Positions 13,301 to 25,961 of a stretch of 64,000 bases of DNA are shown in pieces (position 1 is the stretch's first letter; the number at the start of each line of letters is the position of its first letter). The notes beneath the pieces are model-generated. The model saw only the letters and a list, made by a program, of their open reading frames with translations. It searched no databases and was not told where the DNA came from. A program made the translations under genes and the position numbers. Where the stretch lies: contig CM119386.1 in NCBI GenBank assembly GCA_051294905.1, forward strand, positions 10,292,001-10,356,000, read 5' to 3'. Source of the DNA: Botryllus schlosseri. Lineage: Eukaryota.

Positions 13301-16300
13301 GCCAAGTGAAAATGTTTTTCGCGTACCGCGCGATTCATCTCCAATTCATAGTTTTGCTCTGTATATAGTTCAAATTTCATACTTGAGAATTCTCTGATCA
13401 ACGGTATTAACCGTCCACGCCATCAAACTATCCGTTTGGATTGCTAGCATTCTGGTTGAATTTTGTGATATGACGATAAGAGGGGCACAAAATTCTTCAC
13501 TATCATTAAGGGGGCGTGTGTAAAAACCACTGGTTGTGCATGTGCAGGTATGACCTTGACTTATATATGCGGGGTCATTGATCGCAGATTTCAGTTTCTC
13601 CCCGGAAATTCCAATTGGTTAAAGATGTCGTTAAATTCATGACGCTGAATTCACTAACACCACTTACACAATGAATTTACCTTACAGAATTCGCCGGCAC
13701 GCCAGAATACTACCCGCCGGAATGGTTCCTGTACAAGCAATACCACGGCGACTCCGCGACAGTCTGGAGCATCGGGGTTCTGATGTATTCGTTGCTTTGT
13801 GGCTCGCTGCCATTCCGATCGTCGAAAGATATAATCAACAAGTAAGCGACACATGCCGCAGATATTATCCAGCTAGTTACATGCGCAAATAGAATTCAAA
13901 AATAACCAGCAGAAATGAGATGTAATTTGCAGCGCGGTATCGCGTCAAATGTGAAAAGTCATTCCGTATCTGCGCAATGTGATGAGAAGTTGGTATAAGA
14001 AATTAAGGGTCACGTCGTTTTAAATATGATGTGGCATCAAATTAAATTTGAAAGTGTTGTTGTTTGTGGCATTCGTGGTATTTTTCGACTAATATGGTCA
14101 TTGGTCATTTACACCAGGCCGATGTTCGATACCATGATTCCGTAGCTGCAGACGTTAGCACGACCCATTTCTAAGCTTTTTAAGACAGCCCTTGCGCGGA
14201 TCAGATGGCGAGTAGGTGACTAGTTAAACATCCAACACTTGAGAAGGAATTATGGAGTCGACCTCGGTCGAACTCGAACCCGCAACCTATTGGTGTTGCA
14301 GTTGTGGATCATACCACTACAGGCTATCTCGCCAAAAAGTCGAAAGGGCGAAAAAATTACGCCAGCAGCCAATTTACTTAGCAAGTCACCGTATTCGAAC
14401 TGCAGCAAATATATTCTCACAAGTGCATTACAAATGATCAACATCTGCGGTATCGAGGTCGCGCGTCATCGCTTCTTAACCCATTGCGAACTTTATTGAT
14501 ACTAACGGCCGACCATTATCTACATTTCATTCATAACATCAGCTGACAACTATCTGGAATTCGTTGTCTTGGCGACTGCTTGTCAATGCCGATAACTGCG
14601 TGCCATGCAGAAGTTTCGCAAACCGTTAAAACGCGATGACGCGTGTCCTCGATACCATAGAGAAGACGTGCGGTAGGACCATTCGTGAAAATCTTTTAGA
14701 TGCAGCTCGAATACGGTGGCTTTCTGAGAGAAATGACTTCTGCCAAAAGTTTTATTACACTTTCAACTATAACTTGAGACAACGTATAGAACGCAGTGGC
14801 ATTCAAGTTTAAAAGCTACAGGGTGGTATGCTAGGTAATTCCGTTCCAACGAAATACCTAGGGCTGCGCAAAATCCAGTACCTGAGTGATTCGATTCTGA
14901 ATCGCGTAATATGCTTCGAGTCGAGTAATCGAGTATCACTCAGTATGACGTCATAACAAAATGTAATACGTCAAAGTTCAAACATGTACCGTTTATGCCA
15001 CCACAAACAAAATAATGCCTGTTATCCATCTCATAAATGATCATTTGGTATTTTTTTCGACCATACCGATTTTATTCCACTTCGTGACAATGTTGTGGGG
15101 TAATCATGACTTCGGAAATGTGCTACGTCCAGTAACCTTCGTAGCTTTGTATTAATGTTTCGTATGCTACGATACGGCCAATCAAGGTGTCAAGACTTCA
15201 ACAGTGAAAATTAGATATCGAAACAATAATTTTCGTCGATAAATTAACTGAAAGTGGCAAAAGGCGTATAATTTCAGTACTCGAAGAAATCGTGTTTTAC
15301 TACTCGGCTCGAATCATTACAATTAATACTCGATTCAGATTCGAGTACTCGAATCGTTGTGCCCAGTGATAGAAATACCAAGGCCATGGTCAAATGGAAC
15401 CACCAAGCACAGTGTTGCTTCGTGGAAAAATAAAATGATAAGTAGGCCTAGTGTTATAGCGGCTATTAGCCGACATATGGGCAACGAGCATTGATTCGGG
15501 CTTTGTTATGACATATTTTAAGATTTGGTTCGTATCCTAAGCGGATCCCGATTATTTCGTAAACCGCTTAGGTCTCGCAGTAGACCAGCGAATTTAAAAT
15601 CGCCTCATATTTTCGCGCCACTTTTGAACCGCGTTGAGTCGACGCTTTGACGCGGACGTGACATGAAACGATTATACATCCAGATTTTGAATTCAGCGTA
15701 AGAAATCCGCGGATTTCTGGTGATTAGGGAACATGGTTCTATTAGGATTAGTCGCAAAATACCTTGTGAATCCTCTAGATTTCGAAAGATATCGAAGGTC
15801 GCCGTGAAGTTCACTATTTGCGTCAATTTTATATATAGTATACATAGTCTCGATCGCGGCGTATCGAAATAACTGCTCAAGACAACTTAAAAATTTCGGC
15901 GCTCCAGCGCCTACCATTCCCGGTACTTGGTACCGTATCACGCCTCTGAATCTATGAACATTATACGTTAATTCTGCGACTCGATATCATGTTTCGAACC
16001 GCGGACTCTCGCGATTTGCAAAGTTCGCACCGGGGCCGCACGCATCCCAAAGACGCGATTCTTATCCGTGACAAATCAAAGTATTTACCAGCTAGTTCGA
16101 GAATGTGCGGAGCCGCAAGTACCGCCGGCTATGGTTACGAGCGAGACTGAGAAATGCGGTCGGGGGAAATAAGCTCCATATCGGAAACGATAGCGCGGTT
16201 TTATGTAAGGAATGAAAGTATTTACGTTAACTGCCGTTGATGATTGGCAGCCTTATAAAAATATCTCACGATTGGGCAAAACCGAAATTAAACCGTAGAA

Positions 16301-17381
16301 AATAGACATAGTGCGAAAGCTAGGTAACCGTTACATTGGCGATTCAAATTAATGACGATATGGCGCACCGGAAGCTGTTCCTGCGGAGTTAAAAACGCAT
16401 TTTCGGATGATAGGGTGCAACAAGTTGACTGATTCGAATTATATTTTGTCATCGTGAGCTGATTGGCAGCCACTCGCCAAAAATCATTATCATTATAATT
16501 ATTATTATAAATCACCAGGAAACAGTTTGCGATCATGACTAATTATTCCGTAACTGACTGGCTGCCACTCGCTAGGAATTTCGAGAGATCAGCATGACTG
16601 AGCCATTGCAGTACGCCTCTACACTTACAGATGCGTCGGTAATTACCAGCCCCAATTACGTGTTATCAGAAGTATTGTAAATTCATATTACTAGCATAAA
16701 TGCCTCAGAAATCACACTATATGAAACTGCCAGCTATATAATAATTGGGTGGAGTGTAATCGGGAAGGACGGCGGATGTGACGTCACAACGGGTCATGTA
16801 ATTACCTAAATCTCTTTTCGGCACCGCCTGTATACAAAGCGTATATTTCAATGAGTGTCGAGATGTATATAAATGTATACACTTCCAAAGATACCGGACC
16901 GATCTTATCACCCAAATCGGTATTTTCCGTGACTCGCAAACAAAGCATCAGCTATCAAACTCGCAGATTCGTTATGGAGAGTTTGCCGTTATTGCGGCAA
17001 ATGTATAGGCCGACCTTGTTTACGTGAGAAAAAAATTCAAAAAAGCTGACGCCTATAAATCAACCAGCCCGAAAGCGAAACGGTGCAAGATAAAATGTGG
17101 GCGGTATTGAACATACAGTATTTTAAGACTGACAATGCCGATTGGTGGAGTGAATCGATACATTTGTTCGAGTAATGCAATTTCTGTGAGGTGAGTCGCT
17201 TAAATAGAAAACTAATCCATGCCAATCGAATTTCTGCAGAGACCTGACGAAGTTCCCCGTCGACATCTCACATCAAGCGAAGCACCTCATTCATGAAGCG
17301 CTGAAGAAAAAGCCAAGCGACAGGATAGCCCTTAGTCACATCCTCAGTCACCCCTGGTTTAAATCGTTCAAGGGGTCCTAG
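1332..17381 (+). CDS. PIM-family Ser/Thr kinase-like protein with a very long low-complexity N-terminal extension (6 coding exons, ~1016 aa)
   Basis: Exons 1332-3641, 7678-7815, 11884-12026, 12092-12255, 13688-13841, 17240-17381 splice in frame (3051 nt). Spliced product reads ...[14 protein letters not shown]|[18 protein letters not shown]...[12 protein letters not shown]|[12 protein letters not shown]...[12 protein letters not shown]...VAR|RITKQ...HRDVKLEN...DFGCG...|[13 protein letters not shown]...[11 protein letters not shown]...|...HPWF..*. The hinge (RPxP) and the TVWS subdomain IX lacking Asp are PIM hallmarks. The start ATG is less certain (in-frame stop at 1308-1310 upstream). Confidence 0.85.
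3860..4350 (-). mobile_element. tRNA-derived SINE family 1, two tandem/partial copies
   Basis: Similar to 14055-14334 and 57910-58198. Reverse complement shows a B-box-like GGTTCGAGT. The 3' part is internally duplicated and a second partial copy follows at ~4210-4350. Confidence 0.65.
6501..7472. mobile_element. hAT-type non-autonomous DNA transposon (MITE) with GACTCGAGTCAAGTC subterminal repeats
   Basis: TIR CAGTGTTGGGAT...ATCCCAACACTG; perfect 8-bp TSD GTATCATG (6493-6500, 7473-7480). Confidence 0.85.
8933..9783. mobile_element. hAT-type MITE, TAGGGATGGTGTGAAC family (copy 1)
   Basis: TIR TAGGGATGGTGTGAAC...GTTCACACCATCCCTA; 8-bp TSD ATTACTAC; sibling copies at 22816-23788 and 37318-37641. 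Confidence 0.9.
13246..13532. mobile_element. Degenerate Charlie-like MITE
   Basis: Termini CAGTGGTTCTC...AAACCACTG; no TSD found. Confidence 0.4.
14055..14334 (-). mobile_element. tRNA-derived SINE family 1
   Basis: Reverse complement starts TGGCGAGATAGCCTGTAGTGG (A-box-like), has GGTTCGAGTTC (B-box-like) and a (CAA)n-like tail; similar to 57910-58198. Confidence 0.7.
14859..15371. mobile_element. hAT-type MITE
   Basis: Imperfect TIR (10/15 match), TCGAGT/ACTCGA subterminal motifs, perfect 8-bp TSD GAAATACC (14851-14858, 15372-15379). Confidence 0.7.
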
Positions 17382-18664
17382 AGGTAAAAACCGCGGGTTG
17401 ACAGCTTCGGAAGTATCGCCGCGTTATCGCCGAGAATCTGACGCAGGCGACGATCTCAAATTGCGAGGCCGATATCGGCACAAATGTCATCTCAGGGATA
17501 TCGGTTGAATAGCCTGAGGATGCAAAATAACTCGTAATTGAATTTTCGGCATTCGCTGTCTTGTCATTTGAGTTCGCTAGAAATTTTATCGTCTCATTAT
17601 TCTCGCTCAAAATTTGCACATTATAAGTACATTGATAACGTCACACATGTTTAGTATATATTTAGCCGGCGATGTATCGGCGTATTGATGACGTCACCAA
17701 GAAGAATCGTGATGCGTCTCAAAATTAAAAAGGACATCCACCCCAAATCGTCAGGAATGAGTGGAACGTCCATAAGCCGTTCAGCTTGCGTCCGTCCCTG
17801 CAACTCCATGCGACTATCTGCATATGCTTTGGGGTGTGCGTTGGCGGCGGATTTCATAGGGTATAGTTGAATGTCCTTTGCTGAAATTTCTGCATAGAAG
17901 AGTCACCAATTCGCGTGCTGGCCCGCGACAAGATATAATGCCTCATAAGCAATAACTGACTTGCTACAATAGACAGATTAGACACTCTTGCACCAGGAGT
18001 CCTGAAAATCAAATATCATAATACATTGCGACGAAACAGCCAAAATATTCGTTCTGATTTTATGACAGCTATATTGGCCAGACAGAAGATGTACCTCTAG
18101 ATATTTACGGTCACTTGGCAAATACATTTTCATGTGTTTTGCTTGCTTGTTAGTTTATTTCCACTAAATGGTCGCCGATTTCAGTGTTTAAATTATTTCA
18201 CTTGCGAATTATATCACCATCGTTTTAACGGTGCTATCTCAATGGCGTTGACGAATTCCCAGCTAATTAGCAATGTTTGTTATCCAAGCGCTATCACAGA
18301 CCCACCTCAAGAAGTAAACGCGTGAAAAAGCATCGCTTCCCTCCCCATTTTCAGGCAGGCTTCGAACACGATGTTAAATCATGGCAAAGTGGCGAAATAC
18401 CTACGCAAATACTATTAATTTATGAAAATTTTAATTTTAATTGTAATTCGGTTACTTCTGCTTGAAGGAATTGAGCCAAATGGGTATTTTTGAGCTGCCT
18501 TAGCACCACCCAATGAGCAACCAGCTGCCAGCACTTGCGTAGAATCGGCAATCGGCATAAACTCTACTGTAGCGTAATGCAGTCAGAGCGCCATCGCGTG
18601 TTACATGATATCTCCAGTTGCTCCGGACCGATCATAGCGGCTCATTTCCGGACCAATGCTCATT

Positions 18665-20100
18665 GATTCAGTTCGGTTTATTAGCAATTCTTATCAGTTC
18701 AATACACCACAAACATTGCGATACATTGAAAAGATAGGAAGGTGTCGAAACGATTTGGAGTAGTCTTTGAAATCAGACACCTACATTGGCCTAGGCCACG
18801 GCTTCTCAAAGGGTGGGCCACAGGAGCATTTGAGGCGGGCCACAAAGCTATTTAGAAAATTTTAGAATTAATGTAAGTTTAGCTATATTTGTTATACGCT
18901 AAAAATATATTCATAAACCTTTTCATCCCACTCTGAGGAGACGTAGTGGCACATGGAGTCAACATCCTGTACAAGTAGAAAACGGAAGGGACAAACGGCG
19001 GCTTTTTTCCACTGCTTATGACAACCTACGGCTAACAGCAACTGAAATTATTTCGGGTATAAAATAACTGGAAGGTAATGCTGAAGTAACCAAGTACTCC
19101 GGCAGGCTCATATGACATATGCCGTTGAAAGGGGTATGCAATAAACTAGGAATGAGGTGTAATTGATGTATAGATTTACAGCACTTCGGCAGGTCGTATT
19201 ACTGTAGGATGAAAATAGCCATAATTGCAAATTGTTGCTTCTGTAATTGCAAATTCTGGTGAAGGTATACTGCACCACCGCAACGAATCGTACTTGTTTG
19301 AGGATTTATAGCGCAACGCATTTTGGAGTCGGTTTAAAATGTCCGACCTGGAAATCATTGTACATAATGTAAGAGTCACATGAATCGATTGTATCATTGG
19401 ATTGAATATTCTGACATTGCAACTCCAGCTCGTTTGGTACAAGACATACAATGTACAATTGTACATTGTACAGCATGCACATTAAAAAACTTATCCCCCA
19501 CTTCTCTGTAGTAGGCTACCCTATTCATTAATGAATTGTTTGAAGCTGGTACATAATGATTACCGTATATTATTCCCCACAATACTGGAACTAATACCCC
19601 AATCACGCAGTGGATACGGGGATTCGATCATTGGGTTTTGCGACGCGAATGGAGCAGCGGCGATCATGATATACACATGAGATTTAGCCTATGATCTACC
19701 AGGGCCGTAACTGCCGCACCCAAACCCAAAATTGGGGGAGCTCGAAAGGGCCCAAGATTATTTCGAAGGTCGTTTGTTGGAGGACATTTATTCAACCTGA
19801 AAATTTTCTTCGCGCCTCGCGCGATTTCATGTCCCGAGAAGTCTAGATTTAAATATCATCAGTAGGCTATATTAGGAGTAAATTCGCATATTTTAGAGAA
19901 ATAGGCATATCGGCGCCGTCGATTAACACGCATTGAACGGGATTAGGAATCTAGTATAAGAGGTGGGTCACGGCACATTTTCAAACCGAAAAATGGGCCA
20001 CGGACAAGAAAGGGCTGAGAACCCCTGGCCTAGGCGACGTAAAGAGCAGGCATGCACTGCACACTGAATGAAAAGTAAAGAAAAAATTGAAAAAACAAAT
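18665..20100 (-). mobile_element. 3' UTR fragment of a CR1/L2-like LINE, split by a MITE at 18797-20027
   Basis: 18665-18796 joined to 20028-20100 matches the contiguous copies at 26002-26429 and 55320-55745. Confidence 0.7.
18797..20027. mobile_element. hAT/Charlie-like MITE
   Basis: Termini CACGGCTTCTCAAA...TGAGAACCCCTG; 8-bp TSD GCCTAGGC (18789-18796, 20028-20035). Confidence 0.8.
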
Positions 20101-20975
20101 TCAAGATTAAATTGATTGAATCTCGTTGATATTATAGCCACGGCAGTGGAAATTATTGTTACCCAGATGCTCCGCGTCTACCACGTTGTGCAACGAGCAG
20201 TGCAGAGGGTGATGAATAGACACGACAACATTGTTTTCTGTAGAATTACGACAGCAGTTGAATCGCCTTTTCATACTAAAAATACACTCGCCAAGCCACA
20301 TTGTATATTACAAGCATATTGCATCGCGTTAATGTTACGCCCAGTATCTCTGTAACATCGCGTTATAATTACATTTTTTCCATTCAAATTGTCGTCGTAG
20401 TTTCAGATGTTAGGCCGCAACGAACGAAATACTGATTCCTGCATCAGGATACTAGTGTTACCAGGTAAGGGCCTTTTCCGCTGCCTGTTATGTCGTCTAT
20501 AGAGCCTATAATTATCGTTGAGCGCCTCCCGGATTGTATTATTTGATTTTAGCCAATAATAGCTTTTAAGCCAATTATCGGCGATCAGCCGATCACGCAA
20601 CCATTTGGCCATCCTGCAGCACCCTGTCTGAAGTTAGAAATAAACGAATTGAAGTTCATGCAGCAGTGGTATTTTGAGTAGGCTGGGCCAGACTTCTAGG
20701 GGCCCCTATAAGTATGTAATCGTAGCTTCTGGGGGGCTCCGCCCCTAGACCACCCCTTTCGCATCTATTGGTGTCAACTGAATATTAGTGCGCCATATGA
20801 AACGGAATTACGTGATGTATGACACTATAACACGGCTTTGAAGCAGGCATAAATGTTGAATTGCTCTAGCTCCTGGGCCTTCTATTATCATACATTGTCA
20901 AATTATAAAGAAAGGGACCACGTTAACCATAGCTCATGTCTTCATGTGGCAGATGTATGGCAGTAGCGTGGATTA

Positions 20976-22785
20976 CACTGGTCTACACGATTTTTGCCCC
21001 AGGACTTCTTTGGGTCAAATATACCTAATTTGGGGGCGCTGAATACGAATCTGACGTTAGTTTTGCTCTATCACGTCATATTTTTGAGATATTATATATG
21101 TTGGATATTTCTACTTTTTCGAGGTACTCAAGTAGATTTTGGCTGCTTGCAGTTCTTACTGAAGTGGTAATGTTTTACAACTACTTCAAAATCTACCTGA
21201 GCAGTATTCTTGATGAACTTATTACGTTTTCAATTCAGTTTTTGCGAAGTAGAAAGTAGTTCATGGATAATATTGTACCACTATCGTGGGTAAAATTGTC
21301 ATAAGAACGCGTAAAATAGCCTCTGAATCATGGTAACTGAATATATATTTTCGAAGATTCTACCCATCATGGGTGGTGTCTTTATAGTCCTTTTGCGTTA
21401 TATGCAGCGATACATCTTGCGATTTCGTATGTAGCCCCCTCCGACCAAATATACGCCTACTTAGATATTTACTGACTTTTAGTAATTCTCAGACCTTTCA
21501 TTTCGTCTTCCACTTGAAGTAGTTTTGACAAGTCTTTGAAATGACTACTTATTCTTCTTGTAATTGAGTAGAAATGTAAGGCGTTACTTTTGCTACTTGA
21601 GTAGCAACGCTGATCACTTCGACCGACTCTTGTTCATAGTAAAATATCACGGCAAATCAGGAACCACCAAAAATGTAAAGCTTTTTGTATTCAGAACTGG
21701 CATTTAATCATGCAAAACATACCAACAAAAAGCCTCTAATTTTACCAATGCTAATCTCTGGCTCTGTACCAACATAGAAAACATAGGCCACAGAATGTCC
21801 TATGTCGAGAGGGATCGACTGTCCTAGAACAGATGCATATTTATTTCTAATGTGAATTAACACGCGCACTTCAGGTTTCGTGTTGAGCTGTTAGTAAGCA
21901 GTCTCCATTCATCTGGTTGTCTATAATAGACAATGCAAAAGAAGCCCTTTATATCATGGCAACAAACCAAAAGAAAAACAGTTCAGAAACAGCTCTCCTC
22001 GATTCCGATAAAATGTGACAATATATGGAAACTGGAAGAGAATAATTAGCATGATAAGCAGAGGTTGAGATCAATGACGATAAATTCTTTCAAGTTATCA
22101 GGATAAGCACTTTTTTCTTTGGAAAAGCAGACATTCTGTTTATTTAAATGTTTCAAAGGAAGCTTAAAGAGCCTCACAGTCGGGTAATGTATACCAGAGT
22201 GAACAACTCTCTTCTACATAATATACCAACAATACAATGTTTATTGCTTGCAAACCTTTACGTTTTACGAAAGAGCAGTGTCCTGTCACAAAATGCATTG
22301 ACCGATCAAGTCTGCAGGACGGATGTATTGTATAAAGATAGATAAAGTATGGAACTTAATTAGGTACGGAGCTAATAATACCAATCTTTAAACGAAGAGT
22401 GGTACATAGGCTAAAGATAATAACTGCGACCGACTAAAAATAGTTGCATCCACACAGAAATTTATGGGTCTAAAAGAGGTCCTGATAGAAAGAAGATAGA
22501 GAACCACTGGATTCAAGCTCATCGAAAACTCAGTTACTCTGTTCTACCACAACCCAGGTTTCATAATTATAGATGATTTCAATAACAATATTTCATCTGT
22601 TGATGTTGTACACTGACCGTGAATGTCACTAACGAAAGCCGAAATAATGAGAAAAATGCATACCGAAAAAATCTGACGTGATAGAGAAATTATGAGGACA
22701 GAGTCGGATTCAGCAACCTAAAATTAGCCTAAATCAATCATTAGAATTTTTGGGGCTTATTTTTTTTGAAATTTGTAGACCAGTG
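20976..22785 (-). mobile_element. Chapaev3-like (CMC superfamily) DNA transposon relic
   Basis: TIR CACTGGTCTAC...GTAGACCAGTG with 3-bp TTA TSD. A minus-strand remnant near 21740-21800 translates TFCGLCFLCWYRARD*HW, resembling the CFLCxWDSRARDQHW motif of Chapaev3 transposases (from memory). An unrelated repeat is nested at ~21100-21650. Confidence 0.65.
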
Positions 22786-22815
22786 TTATCGATACTATTG
22801 CTGCAGGCTAAATAG

Positions 22816-23788
22816 TAGGGATGGTGTGAACGTGAGGTTCACGTTCGCGTTCTGTGTGTGAACCTCGGAAATTTAGAGGTTCGCGTTCACAACAGAACCT
22901 TGGTAGGTTCTGCACTGTGAACCTTTCTAATAAATTGTAATTTGCACTTCATTATAATATCTTTGGTTCAAATTAATTGCATTTCAACTGCGGGTCACTC
23001 TATGCATGGCGCTGGCAGCATAAAAAAAATCAACGCTAAACGAGCATGCACCTTGACAACCTTAAAAGTTTTACTTGCCTTTTTGTTACAAAAAATATCT
23101 CGAAATATCCAGCTTTCCGTTTGTGAATATTTAGTGACTCTCTGCTGTGCGCTTGACCTACAATCACACAACATCACGAGCGATATACGTAGTCAGCAAA
23201 TGATGCTTATTCAACCAATCAAACACATTGACATCGTTTTCTGATGTAAAAATTCGAGCGGGCGTACGGTACAATCTTGACTTCATATCTTTACTGTATC
23301 ATTAAGACCAAATCCGTGCGATTAAGGTGCTGGCTACTGCTATATAACTTGTTGTTTATGGTATCGGTAGCGAGTATAGAAACCCGTTTTACACTCTGCT
23401 CAATATCAATGTAGCAATACTCAGACTCCGAACACATTGTCCGGTCTGGCCAAGACCGTTAAGGCGTAAGGTTATATTTCCTGGTAAGTCCTCGTCGAAA
23501 TTGTTGGCAAAGCGACGGAATGTGTTGATTTTATGAGATTGTTATATCCTTTGATAACCGTGGTTGATACATTTAGCGACGTTTAAAACGCCAATATGTA
23601 CTTCAGCAATGTGACATGGCCCGAGTCTTCGCTAGGTATCGTGTACATTAGGCTATCACTTCATTGAAAGATAGGGTTGGAATTAGCAATATGACGTCAC
23701 GAGGTTCACGTTCGTGTTCACACAGAACCTTTCAAAAAGGTTCGCGTTCACACGAACCCGAACCTTTCAGAGGTTCACACCATCCCTA
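22816..23788. mobile_element. hAT-type MITE, TAGGGATGGTGTGAAC family (copy 2)
   Basis: Same TIR as 8933-9783; 8-bp TSD CTAAATAG; 122 bp longer than copy 1. Confidence 0.9.
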
Positions 23789-25611
23789 CTAAATAGACCA
23801 CACTAATCTGAAAAGCTATCGGCTGACATTAGTTTATGCCAGCTCACCACATCAAGGTTTGAGCCAGCCGCTGGATGAGGCCATATCTATTATTGCATGG
23901 TCGCAAGGATAGACTAGCCTACATTAAAACTAAGTATAGGCTATACCTCTGATGCATGCAGAAACTGATGATTGTCGGGATATCTGGGACTTGTCTAACA
24001 CATGCAGATATTTGATGATTGACCCATCTGTGCGGAATCATCTTCTTGATTGGTACACGGATTTCCACGTTTATTCGCTATAATCCTTATAAAAATCGCT
24101 TAAACCAAAGAGAGGGGGCCCTTCGACCAGGGGGAGGGCGACCGCCCACCCCAAAAGCCACCACTGAGTATGATCGGCGGTTCAAGAATACAATGTACAA
24201 CGCGATACACGAAACAATTGCGTTGGAATGAACATACAGGATGATGCCGAAACGACCAAGTACCGTCTCTTATTCTAACATCCATCTCGACCAAATGCTG
24301 CAACAGTATTTGATTTTGATACCTTCGGCTGTCTTTTAGACGCATTTTCTTGCTATTTTGCATTGGCGTTCCTATTTCTCGTCATTGACAGGTATTTTTT
24401 GTGAAGACAATGTAGAGATGGGGATCCCAGCCAATGAGGTGCCCAGATAAACCTGTACGATACTTCGAAAATTCTACTGCCGGTAATCGAAACGGGCCCT
24501 GCACCGTCTATGGGAGCGAGTTTAACGCTACGCTAACGATACTATATGGTTACGGTACTCAAAAAGACCATCACCGGCGATCAGGTCGTGATATTGACAT
24601 CATCAAATCTAGGCTGAACACTGATATGACGTGGGACGTGGGTTGGTGGCCTATTTTTAGTCATTCCCAAATCTTGCACTCAGCTTACTCGGAGCGCTAG
24701 GGTGCCGCGAACTATTTCCCCTTTCAGAGGGTGCCCGCGAAATCAAAATGATTGAAAACTACTGTCTCAAGGCCTTAAACCCTAAGCGATCTCAATTATG
24801 GAAGCGTGATTCGCGGCGCAAGAGGTTGGGTTGGCGCCAAATTTCAAGAATTATTCGTGAAACTAAACACGAGCGTTGGAGATCGTTATCTACTTGTAAA
24901 ACGACGTGGTTCTGTTAGAAACTCATAAAATATAGAGAGCATCAGTATTGGTAACAGTTATATTAATAATTTCAACAGATCAATACACCACAACTACAAG
25001 ACTCCGTCACTCTGATACAATAAAAAGATATGTTGATTCTTTGAATATAATCTTTGAAATCACGCAGTCTCCTAGCTACTGTAGCTGCACTAGTTGGCCA
25101 TCAGAGAACACTGAAATAAAAGTAGCAGAAGATAACACAACGATGATAAGCGTTAAAAATGTGTCGAGAGACGAGGACGATATATCGTCGCGGTGGTATC
25201 CAACAGCTTATATCCACATTTCAAACTTATAAAAAATCATGTTTTTGTAAAATTTTTGCTTTTTTCGGCCATATCGTGGCCATGTTTATCACATTGTTTC
25301 AAAAGGCCTATCTACATGTCGCTAGATGTCCCAACAAATTACCCGACGTAAGGTTACGCATTCGTGCGTCACAGACGACGCAAATTTGTCGGGGAATCTG
25401 TCGGGCAAAATTGTCTCGCGAGGTTACCCGATAAAACAGCAGGGGAAATCGCGTATATCGGGTAACGGAAACGTTCGTCCTGAGATTTTAGTTTGGTTTA
25501 GGTATTTCCATGGCTGTATAATTGAAGAGCTTCTTGGAGGTACAGAACTTCAATATACAATTAAATAGTATATTCATATTGAAATTAAATAGTATATTCA
25601 TATTGAAATGA

Positions 25612-25645
25612 ACCCGAATATTTTCGGCTGACACTCGTCAGGGGT
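25612..25645 (-). ncRNA. Minimal type-I hammerhead ribozyme motif (pLTR copy 1)
   Basis: Reverse complement ACCC-CTGACGA-GTGTCAGCC-GAAA-ATAT-TC-GGGT, identical to 27136-27169. Confidence 0.72.
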
Positions 25646-25716
25646 AATCGTCAGCAACTAGTAGAGAATTGGAAAGAACATTGTATATTCCAATTCTCTA
25701 CTAGTTGCTGACGATT

Positions 25717-25750
25717 ACCCCTGACGAGTGTCAGCCGAAAATATTCGGGT
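25717..25750 (+). ncRNA. Minimal type-I hammerhead ribozyme motif (pLTR copy 2)
   Basis: ACCC-CTGACGA-GTGTCAGCC-GAAA-ATAT-TC-GGGT. Confidence 0.72.
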
Positions 25751-25826
25751 TCATTTCAATATGAATATACTATTTAATTGTATATTGAAGTTCTGTACCT
25801 CCAAGAAGCTCTTCATATTGAAATGA

Positions 25827-25860
25827 ACCCGAATATTTTCGGCTGACACTCGTCAGGGGT
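25827..25860 (-). ncRNA. Minimal type-I hammerhead ribozyme motif (pLTR copy 3)
   Basis: Same 34-nt motif on the reverse strand. Confidence 0.72.
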
Positions 25861-25961
25861 AATCGTCAGCAACTAGTAGAGAATTGGAAAGAACATTGTA
25901 TATCAACAATCGTATCACAAAATATGACGTCACCAGCATGAAATTTCGAATGAGAGAGCGT

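Noticed and set aside
15570-16150. Possible element with GTCTCG...CGAGAC termini
   Set aside because: The TIR is too short and imperfect, and I found no TSD or second copy in the window.
8971-23244. Similar short ORFs at 8971/9104 and 22942/22995
   Set aside because: The similarity comes from two copies of the same MITE; frames are not conserved between copies.
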